From Lepidodermella squamata (taxonomy: Eukaryota > Animalia > Gastrotricha), in assembly GCA_047495785.1 (NCBI GenBank), contig JBLDXI010000033.1, positions 2,790,001 to 2,854,000 of the forward strand: a DNA stretch of 64,000 nt, written 5' to 3'. The translations under genes and the position numbers were made by a program. Below, piece by piece: positions 40,801 to 51,890 of the stretch; position 1 is the first letter of the stretch, and each line of letters begins with the position of its first letter. Below the pieces are notes generated by a model that was not told where the DNA came from, ran no database searches, and saw only the letters and a list, made by a program, of their open reading frames with translations.

Positions 40801-43669
40801 GCTACTGTTGTGAGACAAGTTTTACTAAATAAAGTCCAATTAGCGTGGAATAAGAAGTTGTTCATAAAGCATAAAGTGGATCCAGATGTTGACTACGTGT
40901 AAAAGCCATCCGCTTTCTGCGGTACTTTGACCAAGTTCTAGCTGTTAATCGTACAGATGGCCTCGCTGGTGGCTCAGTAAAATTATTGATAAATTATATG
41001 TGTGTACACCGAAAGTCGCCGGGCGAAGCGCCAAAGTGGCGCCGGGCGGCCGAACAGCGCAGTAACGACAACGCGGGCGCGAAGTGTCGCATCGTCGTGT
41101 GGCTTGCAGTACCAGAGATGCGACGTGCGCGCTGCGCCTCGAGAGCAACAATTAGGCGGCGAGTGGCGCCGGGCCTAACGACGCCCAGAGCACTCGTTAC
41201 GATTGCATTATCTGTGCCATTACAGAGCCGCCGCCTGCCGACTGCGACAAATTCCATCAGGCTCATGAGTCGTCATCATGGCTCATCGAACGAAGGGCAT
41301 GGCCGTAATAAAATGTAGAATACGCGCGCCTACAAGTTTGCGACGGCGACACAGGCGCACGATGTTCTTAGTTTATCATCGGCTATTTCCGCGCTGGCAT
41401 GTCCATCTGGCGCATCGCCATGCTATGGTGACTGGCTTATGAAATTATGCATGGCCGCTGCCTGAAATTATACGTAGCCAGTTGTAATAACAGCGTGTAT
41501 CCTCTTTCGCCGTCGCCGTCAAATTGCGAACTGCGACTTGCCAGTGCGCGCCAGCCACTGGCTTAATAGTCGCGCTAAGCTAAGCCTAATAACACACGCG
41601 GCCGAGTTGCTGCCCATCGACTACTGAATTATCGCCAGTCTCCCGACAATAAAACGAAGATGGCGACGAATAGAACACAACTGTACTGCTGCTGCTGCTG
41701 ATGATGATGAGCCAGTCAGCCAGGCGCCGGCTTTATTGCCGGCCATTTCCAGCGAGCAATCAGCGGCGTCATTTTCGACTTGTCACTGCGATGTTTTTGT
41801 TTGCTATTTTTGTCATCCATGTTCAGCGCAGCGCGAGCGAGCGCCTTGAACCGCCCGCCGTTCGCCGCAGTCCACCATGCCGATTCCAAGCTACCATCAA
41901 CACACCAATAAGTATGCTGGCTGCCTTCGCGATTGTTGTCGTAGCGTGCGCAGTGCAGCGGCGCGTACAGCGCTTGAAAGTTGATTATTCGAATCGCGGC
42001 TGATTGGCATTATCGCATTTGCTGATAGCTGAGTAATTTCGTTACTGGACATCATTATCGTTGTCGACAGCTATCGAGATAAGGCGATAAAATTATGCCG
42101 CCGAGTGGCTCATCATCGTCGTCGTCCAACTTGGCGAGCACTCATCAGCGTCATTGTCACTCCTTCAATTACTCCTCTATTTATTTTTATAGCTCTTATT
42201 TCATCTTATTTCCAGCCTTCGGCGCGTCACTGGCCGCCAGCAAAACAACACCCAGTAACGTATAAGAAGCTGCGCCCGATCGCCGCCAGTCGCCAGTCGC
42301 CGATTCTTGCGCGCCTAAATATTATCGCGTTCATGTTTTCATTCGAGCAAGTCGGAGCCGAGGCGCGCTTTAGCAAGCTATTCGCAACGATCGAAAGGCT
42401 AGGAACCAGCCAAGATGCAGCAGGTAACGCGTCTTTGCGAATAATGTGAATGTATGTTTCATCGCGTGGCAGTTGCCGGCTTTCGTTGGTTCAGGCGGAC
42501 CAAAACGGAGGGAAGGCGATCGCCGCCAGAGGCAGCGCCATAACGCATTTGGTCCCCTTCAACCGACTATAGCCACCTGCGAATCGACTTGGTGTCGTTC
42601 GTGTTTCATGTACGTATTTGTGTCGTCCATTAATTTTAAATGACTGAATTTCGTATTCTAATCTATCGATATTCCTATTATGCTTTCCCACTTCACAGTG
42701 CTAATTAGGAAGCGTTGAATTATAGCCTAGAACTCACGTTGCGTAGCCGTATTTCGAAGCGTAATGTAGGGCGTTGAATCCGTTATTGTTGACGATAGTC
42801 ACGCTGTATATTGTTTTGCAAATAGTCAATCAATGATACTTGTCCGAATCAGTTATACTTACCTACTATCGCCATTTTCCAAAAGCGCGCTAGTGATGAA
42901 GTCAGATTTTTTCATTATTGCCAAATGAAGCGGCGTGTTTCCTTCGCGATCCTATGAGCCAAATTAACCTTGAAATTATCAGGACATCGGGTAATTTTTA
43001 AACCTGGTAGCAAGTCATCGCGCCGCGTTTCAGCAAAAACTCAACAGTTTCTTTACAGCCCTCGGCAACGGCAATATGCAACGGCGTTTGCATGTTGCGG
43101 TTTCTCGAATTTATCTTCGCACCACCCGCCAGCAAAATCGGTACCAATCGATGCCAGTTTCCTTTGCAAGCCAGCTGTCATGGTAACAAATAAACAAATC
43201 TAAATCGTTCAAGGTCAGTTTCCAAATGCAATGACTCACATGTAAAGGCTCGTTGCCATCGTTGTTTTGAACTTCACAACTTGCTCCTATGTTTTGGTTG
43301 AAAAATAAAATTTGTTGGGATATCTCATAACCTGGATTTTGGTGTACCTTTATGAATCAGAAGCTCAGCGCACTGAACGTTTCCCCGCAAGATAGCCGCG
43401 TGTAAAGCAGTGATGCCAGTCGAAGATTGTGCGTTGATCTGAAGTTGTGACACCGATGCGTTGAAATATCGTTAAAAAACCGCGGAGTTGCAACTTACGT
43501 CAATGATGAATCGGCTACTTGACATCATGTCAACAATTTTATCGATAAGACCGAGAGCTGCGGCTTTGACGAATTGATCCTGATCGGATAGTTTAACTGG
43601 ATCAAAGCCAAAACCAAAAACTCTGTTATTTTCGCTATCGCTCTCCGAAGCAACGGTTTCGGATGTCAT
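34834..43669 (-). CDS. MIB1: Mind bomb-like E3 ubiquitin ligase: ankyrin repeats, coiled coil and one C-terminal RING; N-terminal MZM/REP domains not found
   Basis: Spliced exons give QTPLHIAV, DREGNTPLHLAI, VTIVNNNGFNALHYA, WVIDEPKQDGFTALHLA and CPQCKSRHKRIAFIPCGHCYCQPCADTLAKCPSC...LELR*, collinear with MIB1. There is a 5545-nt intron at 37193-42737. The start codon is inferred. Confidence 0.85.
40524..40652 (+). ncRNA. mir-1: microRNA miR-1 hairpin (mature 3p at 40618-40639)
   Basis: TGGAATGTAAAGAAGTATGTAG is the conserved miR-1 mature sequence. The complementary 5p arm CATACTTCTTTAT starts at 40542. Basal stem TGTGGCCG/CGGCCACA. Confidence 0.96.
42469..42580 (+). ncRNA. mir-133: microRNA miR-133 hairpin (mature 3p at about 42548-42569)
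   Basis: TTTGGTCCCCTTCAACC(GACTA) matches miR-133 over 17 nt. The 5p arm GTTGGTTCAGGCGGACCAAA (42485-42504) pairs with it. Basal GGCT/AGCC and GCAG/CTGC stems. It lies 1.9 kb downstream of miR-1 on the same strand. Confidence 0.94.
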
Positions 43670-44342
43670 CGTTAATTTAGTTATCGAACTACTTTCAGAT
43701 AATATATATGCTATTCAAATGAGAACTATTTGATGGCGCGTGGTGAATTATTTCAATCGAGACAATTGAGATTCCAACTCCTAGTTTGAATTTCATCGAC
43801 AAGAAGATGTTTTGGTGCAAATATTTATATGCGGCGCGTAGGGATGCGCCCTATAGCAGATAAAAAGAATTAGCTTTAGGCTGCAAGGAACGAAAAGCCG
43901 AAAGCATGTTATAGTGGCTTGGTGACTAGAATGTCGGAATCGGCGTGAGAAACTATATTTTCAAAACAAACAATGCAGTTCAGGTGAGTTGATAATTGCC
44001 GAAACTAGCTTGGTGTTTTTGGGCAACAATAGAGAAAGCAAAAAGCAACAACGAGGCGTAATCGTGAAATAATATCTATAAAGAATAAGTTCACGTTTAT
44101 ACCTAGTAACGGCATGATTAATTTTTAATTTTAATACACCCGCACACCTACTCAGGAGTATAGTTTAATTTCTAAAGCAGTAAAGATATCGTTGCCAGGA
44201 ATAAAGTTCGAGTGTATTGGACCTCTAGGTAAAACCCTGAAAACATTACGCTTAATAATACTAGTATATGTACAAGCAATCGTGGTAATGTTGAGAATGT
44301 GTTAACAATTTACGGTTATGTGTTTTCCAAGCCTTCACACGA

Positions 44343-44999
44343 TTACATCTCTTGGTCTGCTAAACTACCAACTTGTTTTTTGCCAAAAGTATTCACAACA
44401 ACGTAGCGCTCACCTGTTCTGGCTGACACTGACGACAGTGTACAATAGTCACGACGTGTGCGCAGTAGCACGTTGTTCGTAAAATGGCCGTTAGCAAAAG
44501 CTGCATTCGCCACGGCGAAAGTACTACGACGTCGCTCGCCTTCGTCACTGCTTGACGAGCCGGAGCCAGGGATCGACGGTAAAAGTGCATCGACATTGGG
44601 CGGCGTGATGATGGCGTGACTCGGGGGTTCATCCTGGCCAAAGTTAAAAAATAGATACATCTATAAGATACGCAGTGCGGGAGGCCTCGGAATTTGAGCA
44701 TAATGAAATAATTTGCATTCTAGCCGAAGGTAAAACGTTGAAGCAGCGCTTCTCCTAAGCAAATTTCCAATCAATGTAAATAAGTTCTTCTTTACCTTTG
44801 CGAAAACATCGTCGTCATCGTCGTCCTCGCCAGATGATAAGTCGAACAAAGGCTCATCATTAGCCGATGACAGGAGTTTTTCGGCTCGAGTCATCTCAGC
44901 TGGCAAGAACTGGCTTTCGCCGCCATCAGTTTCGATGCACTGCCCGGAAAATGTAGGAAAGGATTTTGCGTCATTCGGAAATATGAAAGACCGAGGCAT
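44343..44999 (-). CDS. Hypothetical 146-aa acidic/Ser-rich protein, three exons
   Basis: Exons 44999-44796, 44633-44414 and 44359-44343 join in frame through GT-AG introns. An in-frame stop lies upstream of the ATG. No recognised domain. Confidence 0.5.
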
Positions 45000-45736
45000 C
45001 TCACGGCTGAGACGTTATGGATTCTAAAAAAAGTAATGTCTGTTCAAAAGCTGCAATTTTCAGATACTCCAGCTCTGCAATGTGTTATCAGCTATGATTT
45101 ATGTGAAGTGCACAAAATTGAAATAACTATCACTATCGATAGAAATTGTGAGACGAATGAAGTACCTTGGTACTTATGGATTTGGAGCACATCCGGGTCT
45201 GGAAAATATGTTTTGGTTACTTTACTCACACTGCACATAGCAATACAATGAAAAAGCAAAAATGCTGCAACGCTTCCCGTGTTATAAAAGAAAAACATAT
45301 TTTCCTCTGCATTGTCTGCTATTTAAAATTTAACGACCGCTCTTTTGCCATGTTACAGGAAACTGGAGAGCAAATTTGCTGGCGGGATAATAAGTGTTGC
45401 TTGAAATACCTGAATGATATTTAATATATTCCCTGGATTCTGGACAAAAAGTCGACTCGAATAGCATTTTCGTATCAACGGCTCACTGTTTGATTCCTGT
45501 CTCTGAGACCAAATTATTCAAAGGTTCTCATTCGCTTCTGAACGAAGAAAAATAAGACATAAAATGTGCCCTTTTCGATCATATCGTCATCGACCCTCAT
45601 CGATCGCAGTGATCGAAGTGATTGCAAATGCGATTTTGCACCCAAGACGTGAATAAATAGTACTAGCAATAATAGGTTAACTCGTTCCATCTAAACGCAA
45701 CAATTTATTAATAAAAGAGTGCACAATTTTGAACAA

Positions 45737-48700
45737 TTATTCATCGCCGTTTGGCGAGACGCTCATTCGTTCGTCTTCATCGTCATTTTCATCATCTTCG
45801 TCGCCATTCGTTTGCTGCTTGGTTGATGCCGACGTGGTAGATTCGAGAAATTTTATCGAATAATTGATGTGATCACACCTGTAAAATGCATTCAGTCTTA
45901 AGGTCACTCATTTAACGAAATTTGAACTCACAATTGTCCGAGAGCTCGAACACGGTTAGAAATCGCTCGTTGAAGGAGAGTCAGAGCAGGTGCGATTTTG
46001 TCAAGTGTGGTGTTCTGAGCGGCCGTTGAGAAGAACCTCGATGCATTGACCAGAAGAATTGAGTCAGCGAACTTGAGGTAGAGCTCGATATGAGCCGAAG
46101 CGTTTTCGCTGTTGTCGATTCTTGAAGCAATAAAGACAACAAAATCGGCAACGAGATTCGATGGCAGTCGGGAAATCAGGAGTGGGATATCAGAAGGCAC
46201 CACGCTTTCAACGGCACGAGACAGCAGCTGCTGGTTTTTCAGCTTTAGACCAATGACAATAGCTCGAGCCAAATCGCCTTCGGACATCATCGACTCAGCC
46301 TTGTCGACAGTCATGTCCACATCGAGGTCGATGGGGTCGAAGGTCATGTCGGCGTTCAACGAGTAAACAAGAAGGCCTTCGCTTGTGGCCGCAACGAAAT
46401 TGTCTCCACCTGGGTTGAAGTCCAAGCTCCAAACTCGAATCTAAAAATAACGAATTGTTCAAATTCATGAGAATCATCATTTTATCGCTCAGCATGGAAA
46501 TCAATTCTAGAGTGAATTTTTATCTCAATTATCAAAATAAGGTTGCTTACGGCGTGCTTTTGCTTCCGAAGGGACAAATCGTGTTTTACGGCACCAGGCA
46601 GTCTAATCTTTTCCTCGTCGTCTTCGTAGTCATCGCGTGGGTCGATGTAGCCGAAATCAGTCATATTTTTCCTGCTAAGCAGCTCTTGATTGGCATCAAG
46701 CGACAAATTCATGCTGATCTGCATGCGTCGAAGCAGCACTTCTTCGCCCGGCACTTTCACGCTGTAGATGCAGAGAAAACGCGACAAGCCTGCCGCTAAC
46801 AAGTAGTCGCCGTCAGGGCTGTACCGCAGCGTTGAGAAGTACTGGCCACCAGCTTGAGCGCGATGCTTCGCTGTGATCACGTCTTCGATTTGCCGGCCAC
46901 TGCCCACGTCATGTTTCGCCTCAATTGTACTCATATGCCTGCCGCTTTCCGTCTCCACTATCGCAATTTGACAATCGAGCGTTGCAGCAGCGACGTACAT
47001 GCCGTCAGGCCGAGTGGCCACGGTCAAAACATCTGACGACAGCCTGATAGAATCGCGAGTTCCACCGCCGTCGTCGGAAGCGTTTGCGCCACCTACAGCC
47101 CACATTCGAATGGTTGCATCCCAACTGCTCGAGACCAAGGTACCGGCCCGGGGTGTCGGCAGGAAGACGACGCCGGAAATTGGTGCTTCGTGGCCGGCGA
47201 AAGTGTCAAGCAGCTGACCGGTCGACACTGACCATAAAAACACTTCGAAAGCGTCAGCCGCCCCAGCCGCGACCAATTCGCCACTGTCATCGACTGCGAC
47301 GCAAGTCAACTGAGTCGATTTGGGCGTTGCGAAGGTTCGAAAGTTTCGGTAACGAGTCGTGTCGAAGGCGCGAACAGTTCCGTCGAGGGAAGCTGAGATA
47401 ACGGCCTTCCCAGATTGGGTCCAGGCAAGGCCGACGATGCCTGCTGAATGTTCGCCAAACGTCACGTACGAGTGGCCACTCGCCAAATCCCACAGCTTGA
47501 TTTTGGCATCATTGCCGCCAGATGCTAAATGGCGACCGTCAGGTGAAATTGCGACGGCCGATGTAGCGTGGAAGTGGCCTTGTTGCTTCAGCACAAACAT
47601 TTCAGACCGCCATTCCCAAACGGCAATTTGTCCGAGCTCTTTCGAAGCAATCGCCAACCACTCGCCAGTGGCATTGAAGCGAACGGACGAGATTGGATGG
47701 TCCGTAACATTTAGCGAATGTATGATAGTGAAAGTGGGCATTTCGTGAATGAACAGCGAACCATCCGAAAATCCCGAGCACAAAACCCGGGTTGGCGCGT
47801 GGTAAGCTGACGTTCGCAGTTGAGCGCCGCGATCAACGAATATCCCAGAATCGTCGCGAGATTTCTGCGTAGGTACAGCAGCATCTTCGCCTTCTTTTTT
47901 TATCTCTCGATTAGCCTGGTTGGCATGTAATGCGCTTTTATACGAATAGCGAGCTTTCCGGTTATAGACCAGGGCTTTTATGATATGACCATTTTTCGTC
48001 TCAATTTCCTGAAAATAGAAAGTAATCGTATAAATTCAGCCTGTGAAAATAATATAACCAAGTCCTGTGTGAATAAAATTTAATTTCCATGCAAACTAAC
48101 CCGGTCCTCGGGATCCTTCTCCCAAATGAACACTTGGCTATTTGCAGTGACTACAATAACGTTAAGGTGGCTCTCATCGCCACTCTCGAATTTGCCATTA
48201 CGGTGATCTCGCTCAAAAAACACTGCAACGACAGCGCCTGAAGCGCCTCCGAGTGAACAAGTTCTAACGTTCTTGCGCGACCAGCTTAAATTAGCGAGCC
48301 GGAATTGCGAAGTTTGCTCATCTTCGACTGCTTTGACATCCGAGGAATCTGTCACATCGCAACTGTAAACACGACTAGTGCCGTCGCGACTGCCAGCAAC
48401 GACAGCCTGCGAGTCACAAGACCAGCTTAGGCTCATGATATCATCGTAAGCACCGTGTAAGATGCGAACGGCATGGAAAGGATTGACGTCTTTGACACAA
48501 TTGGGCGAGCAATAAATTATCAATGTCGTTCCCTTTGCCACGGCCACTAGTTTCCCATCCGGGCTCCATTGAATGTCATTGATCGGTGCGTTCAAATGGT
48601 AAGTACGAAGCAGCGATCGCGAAATCATGCTTATCGACAACAAATCATTGTCTAAAATACTTGAATTACTCAAGAAATCAGCGGGTTATCAAGGTATACT

Positions 48701-49043
48701 CACTGTCGTTAGCTGCCATCGCTAAATGGCCATTTGGTGAGAAAGCGATCCTCGTTATATTAAATGAAGTTTGAAAAGGTAACGTCCTCGACGTGTTTCT
48801 GCAAGGAAATATCGGAATTAACGAGTAAATTCACACACAAAATTCGCCGACTGACTTTTTCAACTGAAATACTGTGACGCAGTTTCCGGCCGGGCTGACA
48901 AGCGAATCCCCATCAGGTGTGAAATCAACATTGCCATTGCGATAAGGGCATCCGAGCAAATTCGAAAACTATGATTACAGCAAAATTTCGTTATTACAGC
49001 AATTAAATTTTGGTTGCTTTTTTACCTGATATGAAAATCTCAT
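45737..49043 (-). CDS. PWP2: Periodic tryptophan protein 2 (UTP1), WD40 SSU processome component
   Basis: N-terminus MRFSYQFSNLLG; LGQIAVWEWRSEMFVLKQQGH, SASLDGTVRAFDTTRYRNFRTF, FDPIDLDVD and HIELYLK. TAA at 45737-45739. Confidence 0.96.
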
Positions 49044-49240
49044 CTGCAATTATGTGCTTCCTCAATAAAATAAGTTTGATCGTGTTACCGAAATCTAAAA
49101 CAATCAAAATTACCAAGTTTACCAAGTAACAAAATTCAGTGGTTTGTTTATTAGCAAATAAGGATATTTTGTATTTATATATGATCAACGCCTAAAAACA
49201 AGTTGACTCACAGCCATTGACAAATTTTACAAAGTTACGC

Positions 49241-51329
49241 CTAATCGTCATCTTCCTCTACTGGCTCCTTTTTCGCCTTTTTCTTCTTCTTTTTCTCCGA
49301 GACGGGTACTTCCTGTTGCTCCTCTTCGGCTTCTTCAGCCGGCGGGGGTTTACGTTTCGAGGCGATGGGGGTCATAGCTTCTTCCTTCGGTTCCTTTTTG
49401 GTCTTTTTCGAAGGAGGGAGCGATTGAGGTTGCTGAGGGCCAGTTGCTTCTTCATCCTCGTCGAAACCTTCCGATTCCAACTTATGCTTCTTCGTAGGCT
49501 CAGACTTGGTCAATTTCCAGTCTTGCTTACCCGAGTACTCGCCTTGGCCGGGTGTGCCCTTGGGAGCGAACTTGTCAAATGCGGCGCGCTGTTTGCCAGT
49601 GCCGCTGATTTTTCGAACAGTTCCTGATTCGAGTGACTTGAGACGATTTTCGAGCTTTGCACGATGTTCAATGCCTAGCACGCTGCCGCAGTCTTCACCC
49701 AGTGCATCGACACGAACGGCAAGAGAAGCCTTTGCGGCCAACATACGAGAGATTTTACCTTCAACCATAAAAAAGTGATTCATTGGCTGATGATTTGTAA
49801 GCTACATACCTTTGAGGCGAGGTTGCGACTGACCAACAAGAGACGCATGATAGATAAGACCGTATTTGGGCGTATCATGCTTGGTTTTGAGGGCACGAAA
49901 CAGCGCCTTCTCCGCGCCGAGAATCTGCACTGTAGACGAAGGGTGCTTCGCCAAATTGACCAACGATCCAGCCTTAGCAATAAGGCGGGCACCGACCAGT
50001 TCGCCGACAAGAACAGTCAAGTTTGGAGCGACAGCCATCATTCGATTCTTGATATATTCGTATAACTGTTGACGGCACTCTGTGACATCAATAACCTATA
50101 CGCAGAATATTTAATAATTTTAAATTCTGCTGATTCAATACATACCTGATCACACAAATATCGAATGTTTTCAATATCTTCCTCTGAAACTTCAGTTCCC
50201 ATGGACACTTCAGCAGCGGCCTTGACTTGCTCTTCGACTTCCGTTGGCATGATTTTTGACAAATCCGTAGTATGGGTATTTGTGCGATCACCTGCAAAAT
50301 ATGTCAAATTTAATTAATGAGATCAATACTGAACTTGAAAGCACATTAAGATCTCGCATAAATCAGCGGTAGTGACGAAAGTTATATTATCAGTTAACAT
50401 CAAAAACAACTTATATACATCATATTTCAAATCAAATCAATAAAATTGATGACCAACTAACCAATCAAGTTGACGGCTTTCGCATAGGCCAAATGATCGG
50501 GAACAAGTTTACTCAACTCAGGAAAGTGCCAACCGTACCACTCACGAGCACGCATTATATAGTTATTTAGTTCTTTATCCAAATCGTCCAACAGGCCTAA
50601 TGAAACAATAATTGCAATGACGGACAGGAAACTTTAGAAAATATTACAAATGGCTTGGATTATCATCGTATCAATTTTATCCGGGCTGAATTTGAGCTTG
50701 TAACGAGACAAACTGTGAGCGAGACCGAGAGACATCGCTGCCAACTGACGATCAGAAAACCCGCCTTCTTTTCCAATTTCACCCGCAAGAAGGCTGTTCA
50801 CGTGAGTGCGAATCGAACGCATCAATTCTTGCACCGCGGAGTTGGCAATACAGCTGATGTTGTATTTCTCCTTGATTATGTTGCCCAATTTGACATCAGC
50901 CACCGCGAGTTGCTCATTGCCTTCTTCTCCAATTTTCTTCAAGATTTTTTTCAAGGGCTTACTTAGCTTTCCCTCAACCAAAGCAGTTGTAGCTGAAATT
51001 CAAAGTTAACTGTTATCATGACAAACTAATAAAGAAATTATGTACCAGCTAATGCATCCGTCATGTCATGGAAAGCTTTAAATTCTGTGAGCTGCAATCT
51101 GAAAAATGCCGACATCGCATGTCAAATATTTTCATCAGAAAATAGCAATATACATTTTTGCAGCTTTATCAGGTGAATCCAACTCTTGGCACAGGTTCTC
51201 AACTTGCTCTAGTTTTTTCTCATCCAAGAGCTATGAAAAAACATGGATATTTTCATACAAACGAGGAAAATATATCTAGCTGACCTTGAAGACAGCAAAA
51301 CCTGCTGCAGTCTCAAACAGCACCAGCAT
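49241..51329 (-). CDS. NOP58: Nucleolar protein 58 (box C/D snoRNP core)
   Basis: [81 protein letters not shown] and a K/E-rich tail. Confidence 0.96.
50360..50427 (-). ncRNA. SNORD70: Intronic box C/D snoRNA, SNORD70-type (18S rRNA 2'-O-methylation guide)
   Basis: Lies in the only long (about 170 nt) NOP58 coding intron. Minus strand: box C ATGATGT (50423-50417), guide TTTCGTCACTACC, box D CTGA (50366-50363). The guide is complementary to conserved 18S GGUAGUGACGAAA. Confidence 0.9.
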
Positions 51330-51829
51330 TGTTATAATGACACCTACAACGAAAATAGCAGCGTTGACAATAGTTATGTGGAGATGATAACAAAGACTGA
51401 TGTTTCCAGGAGAAATATCCTTTCGGCAAGCATTGTATTAAGAGTATAGCGAGTTCCCGAGATTTTGCTAAATGCTAAATGGGCCCCGAAATGATACGAT
51501 GAATTTGACGCATCCTTGGAATGGCCAAGATCAAGGACACAGACAATAATTGATTCTCTACAGTGATAGTGTGTAGTAGCGATTTCAAGGATGTTTTTGT
51601 GGAATATTTTCCGATGATCCGCTAAAACAAGGCGACTAGCAAGGCCCAAAGCCATAGCATTGCGGCAAAAAGTAAATTAGCGATTTACAACAATTTTCCG
51701 CCTGGTTTGAAGATATAAGTTCGACGTAAAACGTAATGCTGAAGACAGACCAAAAAGGTCAAAGGATACGTCAAGGCACATAAAACCCACCGCGAGCGTC
51801 GGCACACCTAAAGCAGACGAAGCTATGCG

Positions 51830-51890
51830 ACCACGTGTTACGAGCGAGCAGCGCGACGTGAGAGAGACGAGCTATATTCAAACACGTGGT
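51830..51890. promoter_or_regulatory. Paired E-boxes (AACACGTGGT, inverted) upstream of NOP58
   Basis: ACCACGTGTT at 51830-51839 and AACACGTGGT at 51881-51890 flank a minus-strand pyrimidine stretch, about 500 nt upstream of the NOP58 ATG. Confidence 0.55.

Noticed and set aside
40350-40832. 160-aa ORF and spliced Cys-rich peptide as a nested protein-coding gene
   Set aside because: It runs through the miR-1 hairpin and has no recognisable homology; better explained as pri-miRNA sequence.
37250-42700. Many Arg/Ala-rich ORFs in the MIB intron, and similar ones at 18-22.7 kb and 58.4-64 kb
   Set aside because: Expected from GC-rich non-coding DNA; no domains or consistent exon chains.
46441-46550. 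Possible C/D snoRNA in a 110-nt PWP2 intron (CTGA, ATGATGA, CTCTAGAATT complementary to 18S)
   Set aside because: The boxes are in the wrong order for a terminal C/D pair, and the 10-nt match is not next to a convincing D box.
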